Positions 51,629 through 61,386 of a DNA stretch of 64,000 bases are shown here, piece after piece; within the stretch, counting starts at the first letter, position 1, and the number at the start of each line of letters is the position of its first letter. The DNA lies in NCBI GenBank assembly GCA_943846685.1, contig OX044363.1, forward strand, positions 1,765,386 to 1,829,385, given 5' to 3'. The stretch comes from an uncultured Pseudomonadales bacterium. GTDB taxonomy: Bacteria; Pseudomonadota; Gammaproteobacteria; Pseudomonadales; Porticoccaceae. Below the pieces are notes generated by a model that did no database searches, was not told the DNA's origin, and saw only the letters and a list, made by a program, of their open reading frames with translations. Both the position numbers and the translations under genes were made by a program.

Positions 51629-53176
51629 GTGACCAGCGCCGCTATAGAGAAAGAGCCGGAGAAAGAGCTGGAGAATGAGTTGGATAGCCGCGTCGATATC
51701 TTTCAACAGCGCCGCTGTGGCGCTCTGCTTCCGATTACTTCACTGCCTGCTGTTGGATTAAATAAACAGGCTGGATTTGATTCGGCGCAGCGCTTTATTG
51801 ACTGGATTGCCTCTGCGGGCATCAGTGTCTGGCAGCTGCTGCCGATGGGTCCACCCCATGCTGATCTATCACCCTATCTATGTCTCTCCTCCATGGCCGG
51901 CAACAGCGCATTAATCGGTCTGGACTGGCTGGCTGAAACCGGCTTTCTGCAACCCGAGGCACTTTCACTGCACAAAGACAAACAGCACAGTGACAATTAT
52001 CACAGCGCCGCTATTCGATCCGCCTGTGACCATTTCAGCCGCATACCAGACGAGGATTATTGGCGCTTTGAATTTGATAGTTTCTGTCGCCAGTCCCAGG
52101 CCTGGCTGGATGATTTTGCGCTGTTTATGGCACTGCGTGAGGAGCAGAAAAACCAACCCTGGAACTGTTGGCCCAGAGCCTTGCGCGACCGCGATACCGC
52201 GGCCATTATTGATGCGCAACAGCGTCTCGGCGAAGAAATTTTAGCGATTAAATTTGCCCAGTTTTTATTTTTCCGCCAGTGGCAAAAAATTCGTCGCTAT
52301 GCCCAGGGCAAAGGGGTTTTTCTGTTTGGGGATATGCCGCTTTTTGTCGCCTATGACAGTGCCGATGTCTGGGCCAATCGAGACTACTTTAAACTGACAG
52401 AAGACGGCCAACCCAGGGTTGTTGCTGGCGTACCCCCAGATTATTTTTCCTCGACCGGACAGCGCTGGGGTAATCCCCACTACAACTGGGAGGCGCTGCA
52501 GCGAGATAATTTTGCATGGTGGATTGAGCGCTTGCGTGTTCATTTAAGTCTCTACGATCTGCTGAGGATAGATCATTTTAGGGGGCTGGAGAGCGCCTGG
52601 GAAATTCCCACCACAAGCACAACAGCTATAGAGGGACAGTGGCAAAAGGCACTGGGGGCGGAGTTGCTCAAGGCTCTTCAGAAGGCATTTAAAAACACAC
52701 CCCTGGTCGCCGAGGATCTCGGACTGATCACCGCCGATGTTATGGCACTTCGCGATCAGTTTGGTTTGCCAGGTATGGCGGTATTACAGTTCGCTTTCGA
52801 TGGGGACTCTGACAACCCTTCCCTGCCGCACAATCACAAACCCCAATCGGTTGTGTATACCGGCACCCATGATAACGACACCAGCCTCAGCTGGTTTCAA
52901 TCCCTGCCTGAGCCCCAGCGCAGAAAAATCACCCAATACCTGCGGTGTCGCGACGAAGATCTGCCCGGTGCCCTGGTTGAATGCGCCCTGGCCTCGGTGG
53001 CTAAACTTGCCGTTATTCCACTGCAGGATATGCTCGAGCTTGGCTCTGGCAACCGTATTAACACCCCCGGTACTGTCGGCAATAACTGGCGCTGGTATTT
53101 TCAATGGCAGCAGTTTTCTCCAGCGATAGCCGAGCACTTTTTAATCCTGAACAGACAGTATGGACGCTGTGATTAG
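51629..53176 (+). CDS. malQ: 4-alpha-glucanotransferase (amylomaltase, GH77)
   Basis: WQLLP, SPY..S..AGN, GDMP.FV, GVPPDYFS..GQRWGNP, RIDHFRG, AEDLG, THDNDT. Confidence 0.95.
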   Translation: MTSAAIEKEPEKELENELDSRVDIFQQRRCGALLPITSLPAVGLNKQAGFDSAQRFIDWIASAGISVWQLLPMGPPHADLSPYLCLSSMAGNSALIGLDWLAETGFLQPEALSLHKDKQHSDNYHSAAIRSACDHFSRIPDEDYWRFEFDSFCRQSQAWLDDFALFMALREEQKNQPWNCWPRALRDRDTAAIIDAQQRLGEEILAIKFAQFLFFRQWQKIRRYAQGKGVFLFGDMPLFVAYDSADVWANRDYFKLTEDGQPRVVAGVPPDYFSSTGQRWGNPHYNWEALQRDNFAWWIERLRVHLSLYDLLRIDHFRGLESAWEIPTTSTTAIEGQWQKALGAELLKALQKAFKNTPLVAEDLGLITADVMALRDQFGLPGMAVLQFAFDGDSDNPSLPHNHKPQSVVYTGTHDNDTSLSWFQSLPEPQRRKITQYLRCRDEDLPGALVECALASVAKLAVIPLQDMLELGSGNRINTPGTVGNNWRWYFQWQQFSPAIAEHFLILNRQYGRCD

Positions 53177-53198
53177 GAACCGGTAAAAGCCCTACAAG

Positions 53199-53212
53199 TT
53201 GACCCCTATCAA
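53199..53212 (+). promoter_or_regulatory. FNR-type box upstream of gap
   Basis: TTGACCCCTATCAA (9/10), 55 bp upstream of the ATG, within a 90-bp intergenic gap. Confidence 0.65.
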
Positions 53213-53266
53213 GCTAAAAAACCTGATTCACTGATTTTATAAACCCGATTCCAGCAGGACATTACT

Positions 53267-54298
53267 ATGAAGAAAATTGCTATTAATGGGCTTGGTCGTA
53301 TAGGGCGACTTATATTGCGTCGCTACCTGGATGGCAGCTATAAAAACCTGCATATAGTCGCGGTAAACGACCCCATGCCGAGGAAAAATCTACTCTATCT
53401 ACTGAAATACGACTCAGTTTATGGGCCACTAAACTATAGTGTTGCAATTAACGATGGTGAGTTGTGCATCGACGAAAAATTATTTAGTCACTACAATGAA
53501 ACAGATGCCCATCATTTACCCTGGGATCGCCATGAAATCGATTTTGTTATCGATTGCAGCGGCAAATTCTGCCGCAATAACAAGGCTATGCGTCATATAG
53601 ACGCCGGTGCCGGCCAAGTGATTCTCTCCGCACCTTCGAACGACGCAGATATCACCCTGGTTATGGGTGTTAACCAGCATCTCTTTGATAGCAAACGCCA
53701 TCTTATTATTTCAAATGCCTCATGCACGACCAACTGTCTGGCGCCTGTACTAAAGGTACTCAGTGATGAGTTTGGTATCCTCAGGGCGTTTGCAACTACT
53801 GTGCATGCCTATACTGCCAGCCAATATCTGGTCGATGCCGCGGCCAGCAAATATCATCGCGGCCGGGCCGCGGCAGTGAATATTGTCCCGACCTCCAGCG
53901 GCGCGGATGCCTGCACCCTGCAAGTATTGCCCGATCTGAAAGGCCGGCTCTCAGCCTCGGCGCTGCGAGTGCCAGTGGCCAGTGGCTCCCTTATTGATAT
54001 CAATACTGAACTCGCGGATGGCGCCACCAGAGAAGATATTAATAGGGCATTTGAGCAGGCCGCCGACGGAGAGATGAACAATATTATTCAATACAGCACC
54101 GAGCAACTGGTCTCCAGCGATATTGTCGGCAATCCTCACTCGGCGATTATTCACGGCCTCGCTACCACTGTACTGCAGGACAATATGCTCAAGCTCTACG
54201 CCTGGTATGACAATGAGTATGCCTATGCCTGTCGCTGCCTGGATCTGGTTGAAACGCTCTCTTGCCAACCGTTAAAAGTGACACCTGAGGTTGCTTAA
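53267..54298 (+). CDS. gap: type I glyceraldehyde-3-phosphate dehydrogenase
   Basis: INGLGRIGR, ASCTTNCLAP catalytic Cys, TTVHAYT, RVPV, WYDNEY. Confidence 0.93.
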   Translation: MKKIAINGLGRIGRLILRRYLDGSYKNLHIVAVNDPMPRKNLLYLLKYDSVYGPLNYSVAINDGELCIDEKLFSHYNETDAHHLPWDRHEIDFVIDCSGKFCRNNKAMRHIDAGAGQVILSAPSNDADITLVMGVNQHLFDSKRHLIISNASCTTNCLAPVLKVLSDEFGILRAFATTVHAYTASQYLVDAAASKYHRGRAAAVNIVPTSSGADACTLQVLPDLKGRLSASALRVPVASGSLIDINTELADGATREDINRAFEQAADGEMNNIIQYSTEQLVSSDIVGNPHSAIIHGLATTVLQDNMLKLYAWYDNEYAYACRCLDLVETLSCQPLKVTPEVA

Positions 54299-54348
54299 AA
54301 GAGCTCACAGCAAGGGAAGATTATGGGAAAAATTAATGGAGAAAAATT

Positions 54349-54954
54349 ATGTTAAAGGTATTTAGATTATCAATTATCGTTGGCCTTACTGCGCTTTTGC
54401 TGGGCAGCTGTGCATCGCGCCTGCAGAGTGATGTTGTCACTTTTCACGAGGGTCGGTTGCCGAAGGGCGAAACCATTCATATAGAATCGATAAATGCATT
54501 CGAAGAAGAGAGCCTTGAATTTAGTCATTACAAAAATTTAATCAGTGCCGAGCTTCGTCGTATTGGCTATGTCCCGGTCAAGGATGATCAGGCCGCCGAG
54601 TTAGTTGCGCAAATTGGTTACTCGGTAAGCGATGGTCAGACACAGATTCGCAGTAGTCAGCGCAACTACGTGCGCTATCATTTTTATCACGGCCACTACC
54701 ACAATCCTTTCTACTACGGCTTTTATAATGATTGGCCCCCTGAGTCATACAGTTATATTGTTTACAATCGACAGCTGCATATTAATATTTCCCGGAAGTC
54801 ACCAGAGCCAGAACTGCTATTTGAAGGGAGAGTGCAAAGTATCGGACGGGAAAAAGAGATCGCCTCGGTTATGCCCTATATGATTACCGCAATGTTTAAT
54901 AACTTTCCCGGTGAAAATGGGGTTACCAAGGTGGTGACTATTGAGAAGAAGTAG
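54349..54954 (+). CDS. lipoprotein, DUF4136-like
   Basis: Lipobox LLLGSC, aromatic/Tyr-rich central stretch, L.I.I..LFEG.V and M..AMF..FP C-terminal pattern. Confidence 0.7.
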   Translation: MLKVFRLSIIVGLTALLLGSCASRLQSDVVTFHEGRLPKGETIHIESINAFEEESLEFSHYKNLISAELRRIGYVPVKDDQAAELVAQIGYSVSDGQTQIRSSQRNYVRYHFYHGHYHNPFYYGFYNDWPPESYSYIVYNRQLHINISRKSPEPELLFEGRVQSIGREKEIASVMPYMITAMFNNFPGENGVTKVVTIEKK

Positions 54955-54984
54955 TCGAGAAAGTAGTCGGTGTTTAAGCGCCGG

Positions 54985-57561
54985 CTACAGCCACAGCATA
55001 CAGCCGAGCTCAAAGGGGTGGCTGAGCAGTTCGTGATAGGGATACAGGCGCAGGCGATACTCTTTTAAGCCGCACTCGGTTGGTGTCCAGTCCACCGAAA
55101 AAGTCGCGTCGCCAAAGCTTTGGTCTCCACTCTGGTCTCCACGGTTCTGATCAGCAGCCTGAAATGCCAATCTAATACAGCTGTCGGCGCAGAATTGATG
55201 TTGGGCTATTTTTCCCACCAGGCATTCGACCAATATATCTGCGGTATCCAGTCCATTCAGATTGACCTTAACCCTCAGGGATACTGATTGGCGAAGATTT
55301 ATCTCGGTCACAGGCTGGTCAATACGCCTAGCACTGACCCCCGACCAACAGTCTAGTACACGCTGTTTCCAGTCAGCCAAAAGTTCTGCCTGTCCCGATT
55401 GTGCAAGCCTGCTGCCCTGCTTTGCTGCTGGCAGGTAGGCCTGTTCGATATAGTCGTGAACCATACGGCGAGCGCTGTATTTGGCAATAATCGATGCCAT
55501 GGAGGCCTTGGAAAACTCAATCCATTGCTGGGGATATTGGTCCGTATCGCGCTGCTGCCATACGGGGATAATCTGGTGTTGAATAATATCCAGAATATCA
55601 ATCGCCTCCTGTCGATCGCGGTATTCCGGATCGCAATCCGGATCATGGGGCGCTACAGCCCAACCATTTTTACCGTTGTAGCCCTCGGCCCACCAACCAT
55701 CGCGAATACTCAGGTTGACCACCCCGTTCACCCCGGCTTTTTGGCCTGAGGTGCCACAGGCCTCCATTGGATACTGCGGGGTGTTTAACCAGATATCACA
55801 GCCGGAAACCAACATTCTGGCCAGGGAAATATCATAGCCTTCGAGCAGGATTATCCTGCCGATAAATTCCGACTCCAGGGATTTTTCATAGAGCATTTTA
55901 ATAAGCTCCTTACCGCCATCATCACTGGGATGTGCCTTTCCGGCGAAAACAAAGATAACCGGCCACTGGGGGTCACCCACCAGTTCAGCAAGGCGCTGCA
56001 TTTCCAAAAACAACAGCCCGGCGCGTTTGTAAGAGGTAAACCGACGCGCAAAACCGATCACTAAAGCCTTCTCATCGGTCTGGCACAGGTAACGGATGCT
56101 GCGCTCTATCAGTGCCTCACTCAAACCATTGCGATGATACTGTATACGCAGGCGGTCGGTAATTTCAGCTAACAGTGATTGTTTGATTGCCCGGTGCACT
56201 GACCACCAGGTTTGGCTGTCGATATCCTCCAGTGCTTTCCAGTAGTCAGGCTTGTAAAAATTCTCGCGCCAACCCGCTAGACGCCGATCAAACAATTCGC
56301 TCCACTGCTTGTGTAAAAAGGTCTCTACATGAATACCATTGGTGATATAGGAAATAGGGTTTTCATCAGCGGGAACCTGCGGCCATAAATACTGCTCCAT
56401 TTGCGAGGCGACGCCGCCATGGATGCGGCTAACGGCATTGTGAAACCGCGACCCACGCAGGGCCAGTGCCGTCATATTGAACTGATGTTGATTATCGATT
56501 GACTTGCCCAGGGCCATAAACTGGTCCATATCAATCTCCAGCTCTTGCAGGTAGTGGTTGAAATAATGGATTATCAATTCGGGATCAAAACGATCATGGC
56601 CGGCGGCAATCGGGGTATGCATGGTAAAGACCGAGGCCCCGGCGATTTCTTCCAGGGCAGCATTCAGGGGCTTGCCTGTTTTGCGCAACTGGAGAATTCG
56701 CTCAAACACAGAAAAAGCCGCATGCCCCTCGTTGATATGCCAAACCGTTGGCTCTATTCCCAGCGCAGCCAGTGCGCGTACACCACCTATACCCAGTATC
56801 ATCTCTTGCTGTAAGCGCATCTTACTATCACCGCCGTAGAGCTTACGGGTAATCAGGCGATCATCTCGGCTGTTCTCGTCAATATCCGCATCCAGTAATA
56901 CCAGCTGTATACGCCCTACCGATACTCGCCACAGCTTTACAGCGATATCTTCATCGGCGGAGGGAACGCTGATAATCACGGGATTCCCCTGATCATCGAG
57001 CCACTGGGTAATCGGTGAATCGACAAACGACTGAAACTGATAGTGGAATATTTGCTGTCCCCGAGCATCGATAAGTTGGGTAAAGTAACCCTCGTGATAG
57101 AGTAATCCGACGGCGACAAAGTTGAGCCCAATATCACTGGCCGCCTTGCAGTGGTCACCGGCAAGAATCCCCAGCCCACCGGCATAAATTGGCAGGCTTT
57201 CATGAAAACCGTACTCTGCACAGAAGTATGCGACCAGTGTTTTGTCTGGCAAATTTTGTGCAAGCTTCTGTTGCTCCCCCTCAGCCTGGCAGTAATCACG
57301 CGACCAGTGTAAAACCTGGTTATATTTTTCCAGATAGGCATCATCCTGCGCTGCAGCATTCAACAACTGCTCATCAATCCGCCGCAGAAACAATTTCGGA
57401 TTCTGTTTGCAGGCAAGCCACAGCGGCCGATCCAACAGGGCGAAAAGCTCGCGTATTGAACCCTGCCAGCTGTACAAAAGATTTTCGGACAACGCCTGTA
57501 GTCCCGCTATTTTATCGGGAATCTTGGGTTTGACTTCAAGGCTGTATTTGCTGGTATTCAT
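54985..57561 (-). CDS. glgP: alpha-glucan phosphorylase 1 (GT35, ~858 aa)
   Basis: AYFCAEYG..LPIYAGGLG.LAGDH, H.NEGHA, TNGIH, GFARRF..YKR, PLP-Lys EACGTSGQK. Real start is the ATG at 57561, not 57837. Confidence 0.93.
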   Translation of the reverse strand: MNTSKYSLEVKPKIPDKIAGLQALSENLLYSWQGSIRELFALLDRPLWLACKQNPKLFLRRIDEQLLNAAAQDDAYLEKYNQVLHWSRDYCQAEGEQQKLAQNLPDKTLVAYFCAEYGFHESLPIYAGGLGILAGDHCKAASDIGLNFVAVGLLYHEGYFTQLIDARGQQIFHYQFQSFVDSPITQWLDDQGNPVIISVPSADEDIAVKLWRVSVGRIQLVLLDADIDENSRDDRLITRKLYGGDSKMRLQQEMILGIGGVRALAALGIEPTVWHINEGHAAFSVFERILQLRKTGKPLNAALEEIAGASVFTMHTPIAAGHDRFDPELIIHYFNHYLQELEIDMDQFMALGKSIDNQHQFNMTALALRGSRFHNAVSRIHGGVASQMEQYLWPQVPADENPISYITNGIHVETFLHKQWSELFDRRLAGWRENFYKPDYWKALEDIDSQTWWSVHRAIKQSLLAEITDRLRIQYHRNGLSEALIERSIRYLCQTDEKALVIGFARRFTSYKRAGLLFLEMQRLAELVGDPQWPVIFVFAGKAHPSDDGGKELIKMLYEKSLESEFIGRIILLEGYDISLARMLVSGCDIWLNTPQYPMEACGTSGQKAGVNGVVNLSIRDGWWAEGYNGKNGWAVAPHDPDCDPEYRDRQEAIDILDIIQHQIIPVWQQRDTDQYPQQWIEFSKASMASIIAKYSARRMVHDYIEQAYLPAAKQGSRLAQSGQAELLADWKQRVLDCWSGVSARRIDQPVTEINLRQSVSLRVKVNLNGLDTADILVECLVGKIAQHQFCADSCIRLAFQAADQNRGDQSGDQSFGDATFSVDWTPTECGLKEYRLRLYPYHELLSHPFELGCMLWL

Positions 57562-57607
57562 CGGAAAATTAACAGTGCAATCCAAGGGAGTATTTCTAGC
57601 ATTCCCC

Positions 57608-57648
57608 AATTTAAACAACGCTGCCGAAGTTAACTTGATCATTGTCAA
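57608..57648 (-). promoter_or_regulatory. FNR-type box with class II -10 for glgP1 (divergent from fixL-like gene)
   Basis: TTGATCATTGTCAA (57635-57648, 9/10); TAAATT on the minus strand at 57608-57613, 28.5 bp from the box centre. Confidence 0.72.
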
Positions 57649-57771
57649 TAGCTTAGTATTTACTGGCTCAACAGGTGAAAACATAAGCTTTAATCTATAG
57701 TAGTCTAATCTGTGTTGCGGGCTGCCAGGTTGACGATTGGAAATAAAGTGAACCTCTGGATGACTTACTAA

Positions 57772-59286
57772 ATGAATTATTTGGACTTGCCAAAGCCGGC
57801 TACTCTTATACTGGACGCTGGTGGAAATATTGAACATATCAGTAGCTCTACCTGTGAACTATTGGGGTACCAACCGGCCGAACTACAATCTCTCAATTGG
57901 ATAGATATCTGTGTTCCGCCCCTGTTCCAGATAAAAACCAAACGTATTTTTGATGCAGTTTTATCGGGCAAAAAAGATCTTCCCGACCAGATTATCTTCC
58001 CCGTCCTGAGTAAATCCGGCGATCAACATCTATTCTCCTGGCACAGTGAACCGCGCTTCGATGCCAGCGGCAGGGCCATTGGTTCTATTACTACCGGTAT
58101 AGCAATACCTGAGGACGCCGTTAAGCAAGAAAACTCTTACTTGCAGACCGCCGCTCGTAATCAGGCAGTACTGGATAATGCGATTGAGGCGATTATCAGC
58201 ACCAATAACCGCGGCATCATTACCCATGCCAACAAAACTACCGAGAGTATTCTCGGTTACAAACCAAATGAGTTGCTGGGCAAAAGGATTACCTGCCTGA
58301 TTCCTATGAATATTATTAGCGACTGCGCCAGGGAAATAAGATTCCATATGCAATCCACAGATACCAATACGGTTATCAACAGAGAAGTGGAAGCCAGACA
58401 TAAAGACGGCAGGAAAATCCCTGTCGAACTGACCGTCACCGAAATTACCATTGGTGGCACATTCAGCTTCACCGGCATTATGCGTGATATCAGTGAGCGC
58501 AAACTCAGCGAAGCGCGTTTAAAGAAAAGTAAGGAAGAGGTTCAGCAGGCCCGCGACCGCCTGACACAAATGGATCGGCTGCATCTCGCCAGCGAAATGT
58601 CTGCCGGACTTGCCCATGAGCTCAACCAGCCGTTAAGTGCAATTTCAATGTATGCCCAGGGCTGCCACAACTTGCTTAACAATAGTGAACTGGATCGACA
58701 TAAACTGAGTAATACCCTGCTGCGCATTGACACACAGGCACAGCGGGCTGGTGAAATTATTCGCAATATCAGGGCGCTGATGGAAAGACAGGAACTTCAT
58801 CATCAACTCACCGATATCAATACGCTTATTCGCAGCACAATTGAACTGGCCGAGGAAGATTATGAGTGCAGGGCAATCGATTTCGAATGTATTTTTTCAC
58901 ATTCCCTACCCCAGGTTGAAATTGTCTATGGACAGATACAGCAGGTATTACTGAATTTAATTCGCAACGCCTGTGACGCGATGATTGCTATTCCTGTCGA
59001 AGAAAAGTCCATCAGCATTATCAGCGAACAATATTCTGACAGTTTTATCAAAGTATCTGTCAGGGACAGGGGCAGCGGAATTGATATTCAGCATAGGGAT
59101 AAGATTTTTCAGAATTTTTTCTCAACAAAAAATAGTGGTATGGGTATGGGCCTGGCGATTAGCTATTCGATTATTACCAGTCATGGCGGAGTGATGGATA
59201 TTAACCCTGAATACTCGGATGGCGCTGAATTTTTCTTTACATTGCCAATCATGACCAACCTTAGGAAACCATCCCATGGAGAGTAA
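57772..59286 (+). CDS. fixL: FixL-like PAS-PAS histidine kinase
   Basis: Two PAS domains, RHKDG..IPVELTV.E..FTGIMRDISER, H-box LAHELNQPL, N-box QQVLLNLIRNA, G boxes DRGSG/GMGMGL. Confidence 0.78.
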   Translation: MNYLDLPKPATLILDAGGNIEHISSSTCELLGYQPAELQSLNWIDICVPPLFQIKTKRIFDAVLSGKKDLPDQIIFPVLSKSGDQHLFSWHSEPRFDASGRAIGSITTGIAIPEDAVKQENSYLQTAARNQAVLDNAIEAIISTNNRGIITHANKTTESILGYKPNELLGKRITCLIPMNIISDCAREIRFHMQSTDTNTVINREVEARHKDGRKIPVELTVTEITIGGTFSFTGIMRDISERKLSEARLKKSKEEVQQARDRLTQMDRLHLASEMSAGLAHELNQPLSAISMYAQGCHNLLNNSELDRHKLSNTLLRIDTQAQRAGEIIRNIRALMERQELHHQLTDINTLIRSTIELAEEDYECRAIDFECIFSHSLPQVEIVYGQIQQVLLNLIRNACDAMIAIPVEEKSISIISEQYSDSFIKVSVRDRGSGIDIQHRDKIFQNFFSTKNSGMGMGLAISYSIITSHGGVMDINPEYSDGAEFFFTLPIMTNLRKPSHGE

Positions 59287-59878
59287 AAATATCGTCTATA
59301 TTGTCGATGATGATCCCGATGTTTTAGACGCTACCTGTATGCTGCTGGAATCTACCGGGTTGGAAACACAACGCTTCAATTCCGCTATGTCCTTTCTCAA
59401 CAGTATTAACCAGAACTCTCAGGGTTGCATAGTACTGGACGTGCGTATGCCGAATATGAGCGGGCTAAAACTACAGAGCGAGATAATGCGTCGAGAAATA
59501 TGTTTACCGATAATATTTATCACCGGTCACGGCGATGTTCCCATGGCCGTTGAAGCCATGAAGAATGGTGCCCTGGAGTTTTTCCAAAAACCCTTTCGCG
59601 ACCAGGAGTTTATTGACTGCGTTTACGGCGCACTGGATATCAATCAACAGAGCCTCAACAACTTAAACCGTGTGCATTCAATACAGCGCCGAATAGCCAC
59701 CCTGACCAAACGTGAACAGCAGATTATGCAGTACATGACAGAGGGTCATATCACTAAGGTTATTGCCGATAAACTAGCCATAAGTCCACGCACAGTGGAA
59801 ACTCACAGGGCGCGGGTAATGGAAAAAATGCAGGCCAAAACCCTCGCCCAGTTAATTCATATGGTAATGGAAACATAG
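59276..59878 (+). CDS. fixJ: FixJ-like response regulator (REC + LuxR HTH)
   Basis: IVDDD, CIVLDVRMP, IIFITGHGDVPMAVEAMK.GA.EF..KPF, LTKRE..ISPRTVE.HRARVMEKM; overlaps the kinase stop. Confidence 0.9.
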   Translation: MESKNIVYIVDDDPDVLDATCMLLESTGLETQRFNSAMSFLNSINQNSQGCIVLDVRMPNMSGLKLQSEIMRREICLPIIFITGHGDVPMAVEAMKNGALEFFQKPFRDQEFIDCVYGALDINQQSLNNLNRVHSIQRRIATLTKREQQIMQYMTEGHITKVIADKLAISPRTVETHRARVMEKMQAKTLAQLIHMVMET

Positions 59879-59910
59879 GTACACCAATCAAACATAAATG
59901 CTCTGCAACT

Positions 59911-60702
59911 CTACCCAATGCTACGGCAACTTAGCTGTTCACCGTAGCCCACTTTACTGCCGAGATATGCACCAGTAGCCATACTGTGCAAACCATCAAT
60001 ATCGACAATATGCAACCGGTGACGCTGGGCAACAATAAGCCCCTGCTCTTCCAGACGTTTGAACAAGCGACTTACCGTCTCTACTGCCAGACCGAGATAG
60101 TTGGCAATATCATAGCGAGCCATAGGCAATTTAAACTCATAGGGTGACTGGCGACGCTCATACATTGACTGGGATATATCGAGCAAAAAACTCGCCAGCC
60201 GCTGTTCAGCTCTAATCTTGGTTAAAGTCATCAACAGATGATTGGCTTTGGACATCATGCCGCTAACATTGCAAATTAATTCATCGTAGAGACCCCTGTT
60301 ATCGCGCAGGGAAACCTCTTTAAATAATTGAAAGGGCAGAGTACAAACACTGGAAGTTTCCAGCGCCTCTACCTCACGTATATGCCTGCCGGGATCAATG
60401 CCATCTATGCCAAGAATATCGTGTGAGAAATGAAATCCTGTAACCTGCCTCTCACCGGTTTCATCGGTAAAACAGGATTTAAATGAACCTGAACGAACTA
60501 GGTAAAGTGATTGAAATTTATCACCCTGAAGGAATAAATTCTGTCCTTTACGCATTGGTTTTTCATGCGTGACAAGACCCTCAACATTATTCGCTTCACT
60601 GTCGCTAAACACCCGCATAAGACATGACTTGCGAGTCTGGCAATGTCTACAAGATATCTTGTCTATATTACTTACGCTTATACCACTATTTATTAGCTTC
60701 AT
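59911..60702 (-). CDS. fnr: FNR-type Crp-family regulator with [4Fe-4S] ligands
   Basis: C18-x2-C21-x5-C27 plus central SSVC Cys; recognition helix LGLAVETVSR. Confidence 0.88.
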   Translation of the reverse strand: MKLINSGISVSNIDKISCRHCQTRKSCLMRVFSDSEANNVEGLVTHEKPMRKGQNLFLQGDKFQSLYLVRSGSFKSCFTDETGERQVTGFHFSHDILGIDGIDPGRHIREVEALETSSVCTLPFQLFKEVSLRDNRGLYDELICNVSGMMSKANHLLMTLTKIRAEQRLASFLLDISQSMYERRQSPYEFKLPMARYDIANYLGLAVETVSRLFKRLEEQGLIVAQRHRLHIVDIDGLHSMATGAYLGSKVGYGEQLSCRSIG

Positions 60703-60775
60703 GCTTACTCTCCCTTAACAATCCAATGTTATTTAATGATGGTTATGTAATACGCAAAAAAAAACCGCCCTCCAA

Positions 60776-61099
60776 TTAAGCGGCAAAGACACCAGAAGTA
60801 TTGAAATAATCCGGCCCATGTCCTTTTTCACCCGTCCACATAAGCCCCGCCCGATCATCTTCCGTCCATATAACCAGCGCACTCATACCAGAGTAATTCT
60901 TCATTTCACCCTTGCAGTTGGTCATTGCCTGTAAAAACATATCTTCTCTAAGGCAGCCGTGACAATTGCTGATACCAAAGCCGCTGACACCTATATTACT
61001 TATCGGAAAGGCACCTATCCTGACACCTGAAAGATACAGCTCAACAGTTGTGCTGGAATCCTTGCGATCCCCTATACGATGTTCCATATCGCCTCCCAT
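60776..61099 (-). CDS. stand-alone PilZ-like domain protein
   Basis: RIGDR (RxxxR) followed ~22 aa later by NIGVSG (variant of D/NxSxxG); C-terminal VIW..AGL.W. Confidence 0.6.
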   Translation of the reverse strand: MGGDMEHRIGDRKDSSTTVELYLSGVRIGAFPISNIGVSGFGISNCHGCLREDMFLQAMTNCKGEMKNYSGMSALVIWTEDDRAGLMWTGEKGHGPDYFNTSGVFAA

Positions 61100-61386
61100 A
61101 GCTATCCAGGATAGCTGTATAAATTTTCCACTTTACTCTGCATGATCAGTAGCAAAATATACAGCTCTGCAAGTTACTGATCTGAAGCCGGATTACAGAG
61201 AATAACAAAGCAAGGTAATACAACAATGGGGGAGTCTGCGTAATTTTTTGCGGGAACTACGTATAAAATGATTACAATTTTTTTCGTTTAATCTGGATAA
61301 CAGAATTTTGTTATTAAGTTCACACAAAATAAGTAGTTATCCTTATTTTTATTCCTCGAGCATCGTGTCAAAATTTACTCCAAATT

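Noticed and set aside
57562-57837. 92-aa N-terminal extension of glgP1 in the ORF track
   Set aside because: It overlaps the fixL start and the FNR box/promoter; homology-like sequence begins at M93 (57561).
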